The notes below the pieces were generated by a model that made no database searches, was not told where the DNA came from, and saw nothing but the letters and a program-made list of their open reading frames with translations. Of a stretch of 60,601 nt of DNA, positions 1 through 9,420 are shown piece by piece (position 1 is the stretch's first letter; each line of letters starts with the position of its first letter). The stretch lies in IMG/VR virus record IMGVR_UViG_3300037511_000207, positions 1 to 60,601 of that record; one strand, written 5' to 3'. The DNA comes from a virus. Taxonomy: Duplodnaviria; Caudoviricetes. A program made the position numbers and the translations under genes.

Positions 1-239
1 GACTGAAGACGTAGATCATGTCGCCGCGCATGTGGGTCAGCGTCGTGGTGCTCTTGCCCAGGCTGGCGACGTGCTCGAGCACGCTCGTCACGTGACCGGG
101 ACGGATCTCCGTCACCTTCATGGCGCCGAGGATCGGGAACGCCCAGCGCCGCAGACGGCTGGCGCGTGCGGGTGCGCTGGGTACTCCAAGGTCCAGTTGC
201 ACCTGCACCAGGCGCTTGGCAGCCTCCTCGAAAGTCTCG
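1..239. repeat. Terminal direct repeat, copy 1 (circular assembly overlap)
   Basis: Matches 60363-60601 except 3 substitutions (positions 83, 88, 112). Confidence 0.95.
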
Positions 240-406
240 CCGCCGGGCGTGGGCGCGCCCCGGGTGGGGTCATTTGCCAGCGCGCGCTGCTTGGCTCGCG
301 CCACCCTGAGGTCATCGGTGTGCAGAGGGATCAGCGGACCGTTCGCAAAGCGGACAGAGTACCCGCGGCCGGTTGGAATGAGCGTTCCGGTACGTTTTCG
401 AGGCAT
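1..406 (-). CDS. int: Tyrosine integrase, 5' part (continues across the circular junction)
   Basis: ATG at 406 (MPRKRTGTLIP...ETFEEAAKRLVQVQLDLG) is in frame with 60362..59227; joined ORF is 513 aa. Confidence 0.85.
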   Translation of the reverse strand, partial: MPRKRTGTLIPTGRGYSVRFANGPLIPLHTDDLRVARAKQRALANDPTRGAPTPGGETFEEAAKRLVQVQLDLGVPSAPARASRLRRWAFPILGAMKVTEIRPGHVTSVLEHVASLGKSTTTLTHMRGDMIYVFS

Positions 407-492
407 AGTGTGTCCTGTCTAGTAGATCGGCACTTCTATATCAATCGTTAAGAAAATTCGACCGCACCCCTTCGAAATTCACCCGACGGGTG

Positions 493-528
493 TTTGACTC
501 CAGTCTTTGACGCAGCACAATCAAGTTC
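493..528 (+). promoter_or_regulatory. Sigma70-like promoter, probably leaderless, for the 529..1272 gene
   Basis: TTGACT-N16-CACAAT, then 7 nt to the ATG. Confidence 0.45.
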
Positions 529-1272
529 ATGACGCGCACTCAGTCGAGCAGCAGAAATCGAGCAGTTAACGTGAACCAAACCTCAAGCAACGCAACGCGC
601 AAATCTGAACCCGCACCTCGTGCACCTCGCGCGGTCTCGCCCCAAATTGACCCCAACCAAGTCGATGACGAGATCCAAGCGGAAGTCGAGGCCCAGCTGG
701 CAGCGCAGCGCGCGGAGATCACCGCCAAGCTCGTGGCTGAGAAGACCGAGCGCGAGCGAGTGCGCCGCGCGGAAGAGGCGCGCAAGGCCAGAGAAACAGC
801 TGCGGCGCGCGCCACGACGACCAAGGCGGAGAGCCCCGACGAAGTCTCGGACGCGGAACTCGCCAAGTTCCAGAAGCTGCTGGCGGCGTCGGGTGTGCGT
901 TTGGTTAAGATCCGGAAGGTGCCCGCACGCCGGCGGGTGCCTTCCCGAGAGGAAGCCGATGGCGCCGCGGCGGCTGCTGACGACTACAGCGACACCGAGC
1001 ATGTGCAGGTGGGGTTGCTGGAACTACTCGACAAGCTGGGTGTGGTGCGCACCCGAGACGTGATCGAAAACGTCCGCCACAACGATGGCGCGCCGATGAC
1101 CCCCAGCAACGTGCGGTATCACATGCGGAAGCTAGTGATCCGAGGTCTGGTCAAGAAGATCGAGGAGCCGTACCACTTGAAGCACCTCGGTTGGCGCACG
1201 CGAGATGCGTGGAGCAAGGATCCGCAGAAGTTGCTGGAGTTGCTTGAGGGCAAGAAGACGGTGCGGTCATAA
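529..1272 (+). CDS. Putative DNA-binding regulator (coiled coil plus C-terminal winged-helix-like region); candidate repressor
   Basis: Divergent from int; C-terminal region VRTRDVI...TPSNVRYHMRKLVIRGLVKK looks like a wHTH. Confidence 0.5.
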   Translation: MTRTQSSSRNRAVNVNQTSSNATRKSEPAPRAPRAVSPQIDPNQVDDEIQAEVEAQLAAQRAEITAKLVAEKTERERVRRAEEARKARETAAARATTTKAESPDEVSDAELAKFQKLLAASGVRLVKIRKVPARRRVPSREEADGAAAAADDYSDTEHVQVGLLELLDKLGVVRTRDVIENVRHNDGAPMTPSNVRYHMRKLVIRGLVKKIEEPYHLKHLGWRTRDAWSKDPQKLLELLEGKKTVRS

Positions 1273-1737
1273 CTGCACGGGAGCCAGAAAGCTGGCGCTA
1301 AAGTTGGGTGTGAAGTGCTCCGGGTCACGAGCGAAACCGGCTACGTCGTAGGCTGCGGCAGCTACGAACTCGCAGTCGAAGACACCAAGATTCAGCCGTT
1401 TTCCTTCTACCGAGATGTAGGCAACCCATTGCTGTTGAAGCTTGTTCCAACACACACCCCGGTAGCGCGAGGAGCAGGCCACAGCCTTGTGCAGATTACA
1501 ACGTCTGTTGTCTAAGCCGTTGCCATTGATGTGGTCCGTGTGCATGCCCTTGGGTGTGTTCATGAGCAACGTGTGCATGCGAACAGTGCGTTGACGACCT
1601 TTTCCACAAGTCTCGTTGCGCCTCGCATAGAATGTTCGTCCGTGTTGATGCGCGTGCCACTTGTACTGATTCAAGTGTTCAAAGTCCTCGTCGTCCACGA
1701 GAGCAACCAAACCTTGCGTGAGTTGGATCTCCTTCAC
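1267..1737 (-). CDS. HNH endonuclease with AP2 domain
   Basis: EIQLTQGLVALVDDEDFE, DHINGNGLDNRRCNL, SRYRGV...LGVF...AAAAYD; GTGA overlap with the terL stop. Confidence 0.9.
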   Translation of the reverse strand: MKEIQLTQGLVALVDDEDFEHLNQYKWHAHQHGRTFYARRNETCGKGRQRTVRMHTLLMNTPKGMHTDHINGNGLDNRRCNLHKAVACSSRYRGVCWNKLQQQWVAYISVEGKRLNLGVFDCEFVAAAAYDVAGFARDPEHFTPNFSASFLAPVQL

Positions 1738-3491
1738 TGCGTTGCTCCACCGGCGGCGATTTTGCGTAGGTTCTCCCGATATCGTTCGTTTTTGTTTGCG
1801 AGGTAGTCGAGTGCTTGTGTTCCAGCGTCCGCCTGATCGTCCCAAGTGAAGCGCGGAAACTTTACGAACTCCTCTCGCACCGGGTCTGCTCCCGGACAGA
1901 AGATGATCTGGCCCGCTTCAAACTTGTCGCTGTGTACCCGTAGGCGCTCCTCCTTAGTACCCTCAGGCTCCACTCCGCGGATGCCAATGAACTTCGTTTG
2001 GAACTCCGCAATCAGAGGGATGCCGTTTGCTTTTGCCTCAATCAGCTTGATCCTGGCGTGTTGCTTCCAGAGAGGTCGATCGTGGACCATGGTGAATTGC
2101 GCACGACTTGTGGGGAAGTTCCACAAGCCGCCAACCCAGTCAATCAACAGGTAGTATGTCTCTCCTTCGATCAGGTTTTTGATTCGCACGTCGCCGTTGG
2201 CGCCAGGTACGCGCGCCAATCGGTCGTTGAGATCGGACAGATACTCGCGCACGGCAACCATGCATCGCGTTGCGCACCAGAGTTGACCTGCCACTTTACT
2301 GTGGCTTTCGTTAAGGCTTTTGCTGCTGAAGTCCCAGGAGCTACACCAGCGACCTCGTGAGGGCGGTTCCACCCACTCAAGGCGCGTCCAGGGCTCCTCG
2401 ATTATGCCGCCGGTGGCGGGCGTCGGGTCCTGCTGCAACTGGGCGCTCGCCTCGTTGCGCAGCTTGAGCTCGGTGGCCCGGACGCGCTCCTCAGGGAACA
2501 GGTCCGGCCACAGAAGTTCGCCAACCTCGGTGCGCGGGTCGCGCGCCCACATGGTCCGCTTCACCTGCCGTGCGGGCAGGATCAGCGGCGTGTAGCCCTC
2601 CGCCAGGCAGCGACCCGCCAGATCGTCGGTGTGCACGCGCTGCATGATGACCACGATCCACTGGCGCACGCGGGTCTGCAGTGTGCCATCGAACCAGGTG
2701 TTGACCTTGTCGAAGGCGGCCTTGCGCTGCAAGATGGCGTCCTGTGGCTTCATGGGATCGTCGATCAGCAGGCCATCGACGTGGCGCCCGGTACCCTTGC
2801 CTTCTGGGCTCGTGTTGAAGCGAAAGCCCTTGGCAGTGTTCTTGAACTCGCGCAGCGCGGGCGTCTGGCTCGCCAGCTTGACGTGCGCGCCGTACGCGGC
2901 CTGGTAGTCCGGAGAGTTGATGATCTCGATCATCCGCTCGCTTTGATTGTTGAGCAGCGTCTGATCGAAGCTTCCCGCCAGGAACTGTATGCCGGGGTCG
3001 AGTGTCCAGAACCACGCGGGCCAGAACACACCGCAAGTCAGGCTTTTGGAATGCCCAGGGGGGATGTTGACCACAAGGCGTTTGATCTGTCCGAGCGTGA
3101 CAGCCTCAAGGTGCTCGCAGATAGCGTGAAGATGCCAGTTGTCGCGGAAGGGCTGCGGCACACACCAGAAGATCCGCATAAATTCCGCAAGCCCTCCGTT
3201 GTCCACCAGGTCGCGGATCAGCGCGCCGCTGTCGAAGGCCTCGGGCGTGAGCACATCGGGCTCGACAACGGGCGGCGGGATGAATGCTTCGGGTCCCGTG
3301 CCGAGTGCCGGCGCGGGCTCGCGGCGGGCCGCGGCGGCGTTGATGGCGTCGCGGATCGGCCGTGTGCTGACGCCATAGCGATCCGCAAGGCTGCGGTAGG
3401 TCTCAGGCGGTCCGAGGCCGGATTGCCCGGCCGCGTACAGGCGGACGATCTCCGCCTGCTGGTGCGGGGTGAGAGCTTGCGCGCGGGGCAT
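1734..3491 (-). CDS. terL: Terminase large subunit
   Basis: NIPPGHSKS Walker A, LLIDDP Walker B, IMQRVHTDDLAG, C-terminal DDQADA; extra N-terminal HTH-like segment. Confidence 0.93.
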   Translation of the reverse strand: MPRAQALTPHQQAEIVRLYAAGQSGLGPPETYRSLADRYGVSTRPIRDAINAAAARREPAPALGTGPEAFIPPPVVEPDVLTPEAFDSGALIRDLVDNGGLAEFMRIFWCVPQPFRDNWHLHAICEHLEAVTLGQIKRLVVNIPPGHSKSLTCGVFWPAWFWTLDPGIQFLAGSFDQTLLNNQSERMIEIINSPDYQAAYGAHVKLASQTPALREFKNTAKGFRFNTSPEGKGTGRHVDGLLIDDPMKPQDAILQRKAAFDKVNTWFDGTLQTRVRQWIVVIMQRVHTDDLAGRCLAEGYTPLILPARQVKRTMWARDPRTEVGELLWPDLFPEERVRATELKLRNEASAQLQQDPTPATGGIIEEPWTRLEWVEPPSRGRWCSSWDFSSKSLNESHSKVAGQLWCATRCMVAVREYLSDLNDRLARVPGANGDVRIKNLIEGETYYLLIDWVGGLWNFPTSRAQFTMVHDRPLWKQHARIKLIEAKANGIPLIAEFQTKFIGIRGVEPEGTKEERLRVHSDKFEAGQIIFCPGADPVREEFVKFPRFTWDDQADAGTQALDYLANKNERYRENLRKIAAGGATQ

Positions 3492-3492
3492 C

Positions 3493-5289
3493 CTACAGCC
3501 AGAGCTTTCCGGCGCGCTGGGTCACGATCGTGCGCTTACCGTTCTGATAGGTGAGGATGTGTGAGATCGACCACGAGCTCGGCCCGTGACAGTACGCTAG
3601 GCGGCGGTTGCAGACGCCCGCGCTCGCCACGCCGTTGTGCAGCGTCGCGCGGTGGTCGTGGCCCTTGTTCATGCGCACCGCCATGCGGGCGTAGTTGGCC
3701 GTGTTGCCCCGCGCGCCGTCCGCGCCCTCGTCACCGTGCTGCCCGCACTCGATAGGGTGGTCTGGCGGCCCGATCACGAAGCTCTCGTCTCGGCGCAGGA
3801 AGCGCACGCCAGCCGTGGCGTAGTCGGGCCACGCGCGCGCCACGGCCCACTCCAGGAAGTTCCACTGCTCCGCCTCCGTGCCGCCCACCCGCAGCGCGCG
3901 CACGCGAGCCAGTTGGGCCTCGAGGAAGAACTCAGCGTTCGGCAGGTCCTGGCGGAAGTCGGCCTCGTCTAACCAGCGCTCGCCATGGCGGTCGTGGTTG
4001 CTGCTGACGACCACCGTCTGGCACCAATCGCGCGCCGCGATCGACAGCAGCGACGCGGTGACGCCTACCTCGGTCTCGACGGTGTCCAGTCGCGGGCCGG
4101 CGTGCCACTTTTCGAAGCGCTTGGCGAAGCTCTTGAGCTCGTGGTGGCTGCGGTTCCGGAAGCTCTCCGTGTCGTGCAGGATCTGGATCTCGGGGCGCAG
4201 CACGTCGATCGCCGCGCGGCCGTGTGAGGCTTCCCAGAGCAACGCGCGGACGGTGGGATCGATCTCGCTGGCGTGGACGTCTCCGGGGTTGATCGCCAGG
4301 ATGCGGTGGCCGAGCGTGACCGCCCCGCCCTCCACCCGTCGCGTCAGGTCGTAGAAGGACCCGTCGTCGGTCGCGTTCAGTTGACGGCACCACCAGTCGC
4401 CAGTCGCCAGGTCCACCTCGACCAGCAGCGCGCCGTAGGCGTGGTGGAACTCTCCCTTGAGGCCTTCCTTCTTGGCGATGTAGTTCCGCTGGGTGACGGC
4501 ACCAGTGGTGTAGTTGAACTTCGGCGGGCGGTCCCCGATGACCGGCACGCTCTCGAGCGCGATCTTGGCGTGCGGGAAGATGCCGCTGGCCTCGCCGGCG
4601 TAGCTCTCGAGACCCGACAGCGGACGCACCGCGGTCGGCATGATGTTCATTTCGGCGCACCAGACCAGGTCCGGCGCCAGTTGCCAGCGGCAGCTGCCAT
4701 GGCGGGCGGGGTCGTCGCAGACGTACTCCGCGATCGCCGGGTCGTACCAGAGCCCCTCCGTGTCAGCGGCGCCCGGCGCGCGCCCGGCCTTGGTGGACTT
4801 GGCGCCGAAGGCGGCCTTGTTGTAGCTGAACCGGCTCACCATGATGCGCGCGCCGATGGCGCGGGCATAGGCCTGTAGGTTCGCCAGGAAGTCGGCGTGC
4901 ACCGGGGTGTTGTTCTGCGCGGCCGTCAGGATGTACCGGGCCGTGGTGGCGCCGGAGGGCACCGCGGGCGCTGGATTGGCGCGTGGCGCGGGGACGTGGC
5001 CGTGCACCGGCGGGGGCTCCGGAGCGGGGGCGGCCTTGGCGGCGCGTGCCTGCACCGCCCGCAGGCGGCTCTGCAGCTTGGTGCGCTTCCAACCGAGCGC
5101 GTCGGCGGCCGCGTGCTGGCTGCCATGCTCGCATAGCGCCTTGATGGCGGTCCGCTCCGTCGCGGTCATCGGGGTATCGAGCAGATGGCCATACGCACCG
5201 ACTCCGCGAAAAATGGGCCCTGTCCACGCGGCGCCAGACATCTCACCAACAGCTCCGAAACAACGACCCGCCGGCTTGGCGTCGCTCAC
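3493..5289 (-). CDS. T5 A1-like protein with calcineurin-like metallophosphoesterase domain (putative nuclease)
   Basis: ILTAAQNNTPVH N-terminal block; GDVH, HD, SNHD, HGD, GHDH motifs; start may instead be 5169. Confidence 0.7.
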   Translation of the reverse strand: MSDAKPAGRCFGAVGEMSGAAWTGPIFRGVGAYGHLLDTPMTATERTAIKALCEHGSQHAAADALGWKRTKLQSRLRAVQARAAKAAPAPEPPPVHGHVPAPRANPAPAVPSGATTARYILTAAQNNTPVHADFLANLQAYARAIGARIMVSRFSYNKAAFGAKSTKAGRAPGAADTEGLWYDPAIAEYVCDDPARHGSCRWQLAPDLVWCAEMNIMPTAVRPLSGLESYAGEASGIFPHAKIALESVPVIGDRPPKFNYTTGAVTQRNYIAKKEGLKGEFHHAYGALLVEVDLATGDWWCRQLNATDDGSFYDLTRRVEGGAVTLGHRILAINPGDVHASEIDPTVRALLWEASHGRAAIDVLRPEIQILHDTESFRNRSHHELKSFAKRFEKWHAGPRLDTVETEVGVTASLLSIAARDWCQTVVVSSNHDRHGERWLDEADFRQDLPNAEFFLEAQLARVRALRVGGTEAEQWNFLEWAVARAWPDYATAGVRFLRRDESFVIGPPDHPIECGQHGDEGADGARGNTANYARMAVRMNKGHDHRATLHNGVASAGVCNRRLAYCHGPSSWSISHILTYQNGKRTIVTQRAGKLWL

Positions 5290-5819
5290 GCTGCGCTCCC
5301 GCCTTCCGGGCGCAGCGGCGCGGGTCGCACGAGGCCCAGGCGCTTCTCGCACGCGCGGCGGTCCTTCGGGGCGCGGTATGCCATCATGTCGATGATGGTG
5401 GCGCCGGTGGCGCCCGAGGCCGCGCCGGGCGCGGGCGGCAGCAGCGGGGTCACCCGCGGCCCGGCGGGGCGGCGCGCGCCGGGCGGCGTGCTGCCGGTGA
5501 AGTCCTCGGGCACGTCGTTGGGCCACACCACGCTGCCGATGGTGGCCACCATGCCGAACACCGAACCCCAGGGCACGAAGCACCACTCCGGACGACCGCC
5601 GAACGACAGCGTGCAGCCAAAGCCGTCCTCCTCGATCACCAGGTCCGGGATCGGCCTCGGCAGGTTGTAGCCCACCACCAGCGGCAGGGCGGTGTCGCGC
5701 TGGAACTGTCGCGGGCAGACCACACCAGAACGGCGCGGATCCAGGTGGACGGTCACGTTGCGGCCGTCCTCGAGCAGGTTCAACAGGACGTCGTGCTTGT
5801 TGGGGGTCTGTGCGGTCAT
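5286..5819 (-). CDS. sspB: SspB-like ClpXP specificity adaptor
   Basis: VHLDPRRSGVVCP...PIPDLVI...CTLSFGGRPEWCFVPWGSVFG, followed by a disordered tail ending in RLGLVR. Confidence 0.75.
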   Translation of the reverse strand: MTAQTPNKHDVLLNLLEDGRNVTVHLDPRRSGVVCPRQFQRDTALPLVVGYNLPRPIPDLVIEEDGFGCTLSFGGRPEWCFVPWGSVFGMVATIGSVVWPNDVPEDFTGSTPPGARRPAGPRVTPLLPPAPGAASGATGATIIDMMAYRAPKDRRACEKRLGLVRPAPLRPEGGSAA

Positions 5820-5866
5820 GTTGCGGTCATTTCTTGTTGCGGGGCGGGTGGACGGGGTGGGCGGGT

Positions 5867-6385
5867 TCAGCGCACCGTCTGGCGCAGGAGCTTCTGCGCC
5901 TCGAGGATCTTGCGCTTGTCTTCGACGGACAGTTTGCTCAGGTCGGCCTTGGCGCTCTCGGCGGCGATACCAGCGACCTGCAGGTCTTTGATCAGGTGCA
6001 CGGTCTTCAGCAGATCTCCGAGGGACACGACCGGGCTCACTTCCAGGCTCGACTGGCGCAGCAGCTTGGCGGTCTCCAGTTGCACCATCCTGGTCAGGTT
6101 GCTGATGATCTGGTGCTCCGGGGTGCCAGTGCCGGCGTCCGATTTGGCCAGCTCCGTGGCGCGCTCGTAGGCCAGGGCGCGCTCGGCCCACTCGAACTTG
6201 GTGGCGACGGCCGCGCAGCGTGCCGGGGGCGCTCCACGCGCGGAGCCCTTGTCGAGCCACGCAAGGAAGTCGAGGTAGTCGTTGTCGCTCTCGCCGTCGG
6301 AGGTGCGGGGTTGCCAGATTTCCTGCAGCCCTGCGATGGCGGGCAGCGCGCGAACGGTGCGCGCGATGGCGTTGCGTTGGTTCAC
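5867..6385 (-). CDS. Hypothetical protein, possible terminase small subunit
   Basis: Helical 172 aa protein with WAERALAYE motif, upstream of terL. Confidence 0.35.
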   Translation of the reverse strand: MNQRNAIARTVRALPAIAGLQEIWQPRTSDGESDNDYLDFLAWLDKGSARGAPPARCAAVATKFEWAERALAYERATELAKSDAGTGTPEHQIISNLTRMVQLETAKLLRQSSLEVSPVVSLGDLLKTVHLIKDLQVAGIAAESAKADLSKLSVEDKRKILEAQKLLRQTVR

Positions 6386-7332
6386 TTCAGCCCCCGGCGC
6401 GCGAGTTCGGCCTGGTACAGCGCATGAGACGCAGGCGTGGGCGGGAACGGCTTTGGTTCATCGAACCACCTCGCACATGCATCCAGGACCCGCTGCTCGG
6501 CTCGGCGCCGGTCGTCTGCAGCGAACCAGTCCTCGCGGGTGAGCATGGGGCGCTCGGTGCGGGCCAAATCACGCTCATGAAGCTCCTCAGATGTGCGTTG
6601 ATACTCGTCTTCCGGGTGGTTGAAGGTACAGGCCTCGGTGCGGGTCGGTGCCCCGGGCAGGGAGAGCTGCCTCGCACACTCAGGACAGAGCGAGCTCCAG
6701 GCGTTCGCCGGATGACGGTTGCCATGCACCCAGTCGGTCGGCGCCGCATCGACCAGACACCAGGCGCATTCCCCAGCAGCGGGCTGCTGGTGCCCACAGT
6801 CTGGTCGCACTGAACCTGGGGCGCTTCCCCAGGTGTGTGCTGCAGGCTGCCCGGCGAGGTGGGTCAGCGCTTGGTCGATTCTCCAGCGGCGCGTCTTGCC
6901 TTCAGTCGTTAGCGCTGTCTTCACCAGACCCAGCAGCTCGTTCGCGGCGTCTCGCTCGGCCTGCAGTTTCGTTGCCCCCGCCTGGAACGCTCGCGCCCTT
7001 CGTTCGTTAGCGGCGCTCTCCGCCTTCAGCCGTTCGTTCTCCGCGCGCAGTGCGGCGGCCTCGGATTCGGCCGCGTCAGCTGTGGCCTCAGCCTGGACCA
7101 CGCACTCGGTGCAATGCTGCGCGTTCTTGTCCGCAGCCTCGGCACGGGCGTTGGCGGCGTCACGTTCCGAAGACAATTCGTGCGCCGCGATGCAGTGCTG
7201 TTTGATTGTCTCGCGCTGCTCCGCGACTCGGGCGGTCAGCGCGTCGATGATGCGGAGGGCCTTCCCGAACACCTTCGGGGTGGGCCAATTGCGCTCCTCC
7301 GCGGTCAGCGTCTCTGTTTTCGGTGTGGTCAC
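6382..7332 (-). CDS. Hypothetical coiled-coil protein with CxxC motifs
   Basis: ORF with GTGA overlaps at both ends. Confidence 0.55.
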   Translation of the reverse strand: MTTPKTETLTAEERNWPTPKVFGKALRIIDALTARVAEQRETIKQHCIAAHELSSERDAANARAEAADKNAQHCTECVVQAEATADAAESEAAALRAENERLKAESAANERRARAFQAGATKLQAERDAANELLGLVKTALTTEGKTRRWRIDQALTHLAGQPAAHTWGSAPGSVRPDCGHQQPAAGECAWCLVDAAPTDWVHGNRHPANAWSSLCPECARQLSLPGAPTRTEACTFNHPEDEYQRTSEELHERDLARTERPMLTREDWFAADDRRRAEQRVLDACARWFDEPKPFPPTPASHALYQAELARRGLK

Positions 7333-7501
7333 AGAGACACCTTGATGGTGGTGATCAGCTTGTGAATAAAGCCCGGCATAACGAGACCGGCTGCACCCCG
7401 GTTGAAAGCAATTTCCCCGAGGCGATCGAAGAAAGCGTCGTGTCGCTTCTGTTTCGCCAAACGAGCGCGTCGGTGACGGCGTGCTCGGATCTTCGCGTTG
7501 C

Positions 7502-7720
7502 TCATTCGTCCCCGCCCGCGCTGCGCCCGACCATGAACGGCGCCCCGTTCTCCTGGTGATCGCTGACGCGACCGATCTGGCGCGAGAGGGCTTTGGCCCA
7601 GCTGGCAAGGTCCTGGACCTCGAGTGTCTCGCTGTTCTCGACGAGCTCGTCGAGGGCGCTCTCGGCGATCTCGCGGAAGGCCTCCGTGGTGAATTGGACG
7701 TGCTTGGTTCGTGCTTTCAT
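7502..7720 (-). CDS. Hypothetical protein
   Basis: Protein-like composition; coupled to the next small ORF (7329..7505). Confidence 0.55.
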   Translation of the reverse strand: MKARTKHVQFTTEAFREIAESALDELVENSETLEVQDLASWAKALSRQIGRVSDHQENGAPFMVGRSAGGDE

Positions 7721-7803
7721 CGTGGCGTCTCTGGGGTGGTGCGGGTGATGGGTGGGTGCGGTAACAGTGCGGTCATTTTCATGCGCGCGAATCGCGACAA
7801 GGA

Positions 7804-8118
7804 TCAGTAGGTGTCCGCCGCCATGGTCAGGTTGCGCGACGTGTACTCGACGGGCTCGTCATCCCACCACGCGCAGGTGTCCGTGCGCATCTCGCTGTAG
7901 TTGTGATCGAGCGTGAAGGTGATCAGGCGCAGCGCGCCGCCCTGGGTAGGAGACTTCATGAACTTGGCGACGAACTCGCCGTGGTATCCGACACGAAAGC
8001 CCACGAAATACTGCCAATCGCTCTCCGGAACGCCAGCCAACCACTTGGTAATCAGTGGCAGCAAGTCGGGGCGGTAGCAGTGCCCACGTCCGGTGTCGGT
8101 CTCGTATTCGTACAGCAT
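7804..8118 (-). CDS. Hypothetical protein
   Basis: 104 aa ORF with protein-like composition. Confidence 0.6.
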   Translation of the reverse strand: MLYEYETDTGRGHCYRPDLLPLITKWLAGVPESDWQYFVGFRVGYHGEFVAKFMKSPTQGGALRLITFTLDHNYSEMRTDTCAWWDDEPVEYTSRNLTMAADTY

Positions 8119-8309
8119 GATTCGTTCCAGTTCCGGTTCCTGATGACGCAGTCCTACGTGCGCCCCGTGTGGTGATGGTCCCCGGGGCAGCAGCGCCCCT
8201 TGTTACAATCCTGCCATGTGGAAGTTTGCACGGCCACCCCTGAGGTCATTTTAGTGTAGCGACTTGGCTATGACTTCTTCGTCGTGCTCGCCATGACGGT
8301 GGCACAACT

Positions 8310-9074
8310 CTATCGTGTCGCGATGCTTCGTGTTGCGCGGGTTGCGTGCGGTCCGCGCACGATAGGGAAGGCTTGGCAGCGGCACGGTCCCGCAGCTTCC
8401 CCCGGGTGGCCGTGAAAGTCCGGCAATCCAGCCAATGGCGGACTGTCCCATCGCTGCAACGTACCCTCAAGCGCGACGTGCAGCGGGCGCACGCGCTCGT
8501 CGCGCATCGTCGTCCAGACGTACTGGTCCGCACCGGCGGCGCGGGCGATCGCCTGCACCAAGCGCGCGTGCTCGCGCAGCACGAATCCCGCAATGATTCC
8601 CGCCGCGAGCGCGGCGAGGACTGCAGCTGTGAGGGTTGCGCCCCCAGGCCCTGCACGATGGCGTTCGACGGACTCGGTAACCTCTGCGGTCAGTTCCTCG
8701 AGCGCGGCGGGCGGGGGCGGCGGGGCGGGTGCATTGGTGGCGGCCAGCGCAGCCAGACCAGCGGTGGCGAGCGCCCCCACCACCCCGCGGCGCGCGGCGC
8801 GCACCAGAGCCCCGCCAGCGGCAGCCAGCGCGGCCAGCCAGCGCCGCCCTGGGCGGCCCGGCGCCGGGGCGGGGTCGTCCACCGAGGCGGCATCGGCGCG
8901 CCCGGGAGCGGCGGCCAGGTCCCGCGTGAGCGCCGTCACGAGGCGGGCGGTAATGTGGTCTGGTGGGCGAGGTCCGCGCCGGCGGCGGTAGTCCGCACTC
9001 GGGATCGTCGCGGCGCGGGGATTGGGGCGCGCCGGGCGCGCCGCGCGGCGCTGGCGGGTGATGCGGCGCGCCAT
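8310..9074 (-). CDS. Minor head morphogenesis protein (SPP1 gp7/Mu gpF-like)
   Basis: YVWTTMRDERVRPLH...HPGE...CRC. Confidence 0.85.
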   Translation of the reverse strand: MARRITRQRRAARPARPNPRAATIPSADYRRRRGPRPPDHITARLVTALTRDLAAAPGRADAASVDDPAPAPGRPGRRWLAALAAAGGALVRAARRGVVGALATAGLAALAATNAPAPPPPPAALEELTAEVTESVERHRAGPGGATLTAAVLAALAAGIIAGFVLREHARLVQAIARAAGADQYVWTTMRDERVRPLHVALEGTLQRWDSPPLAGLPDFHGHPGEAAGPCRCQAFPIVRGPHATRATRSIATR

Positions 9075-9420
9075 AAATCAGGCCGGGCCCCGCTCAAACA
9101 GCAGCACCGCCATGGCCGTGTACCAGGTGTCGGCGTCGTACCAATCCGGGAAGGGGCACGACAGGACCAGATCCGCCCAGGCGCTCAGGTGCTTGGCTTC
9201 GAGTGCGGTCATTTTTCCACCAGAAAGCGGGTTGCGTGAATCGCGGCGCGGTCTGCCATGCAAGCGAAGCCTGCCAGCCGATCATGCCAACAGGCCTCCG
9301 CCACAGCCTCCGGCGAGGTGTCCGCGGCGCCAACGAATTTGGCCAGGCGAGCTACCCCGTCCGGATTGCGCGCGACCGCTTTCGCCAACTTCTCGGGCGT
9401 GATGCCGTTGTGGAAGCCGT

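Noticed and set aside
1-239. Terminal repeats as biological DTRs or a DGR template/variable pair
   Set aside because: They cut through int and look like an assembly overlap; there are only 3 mismatches and no reverse transcriptase
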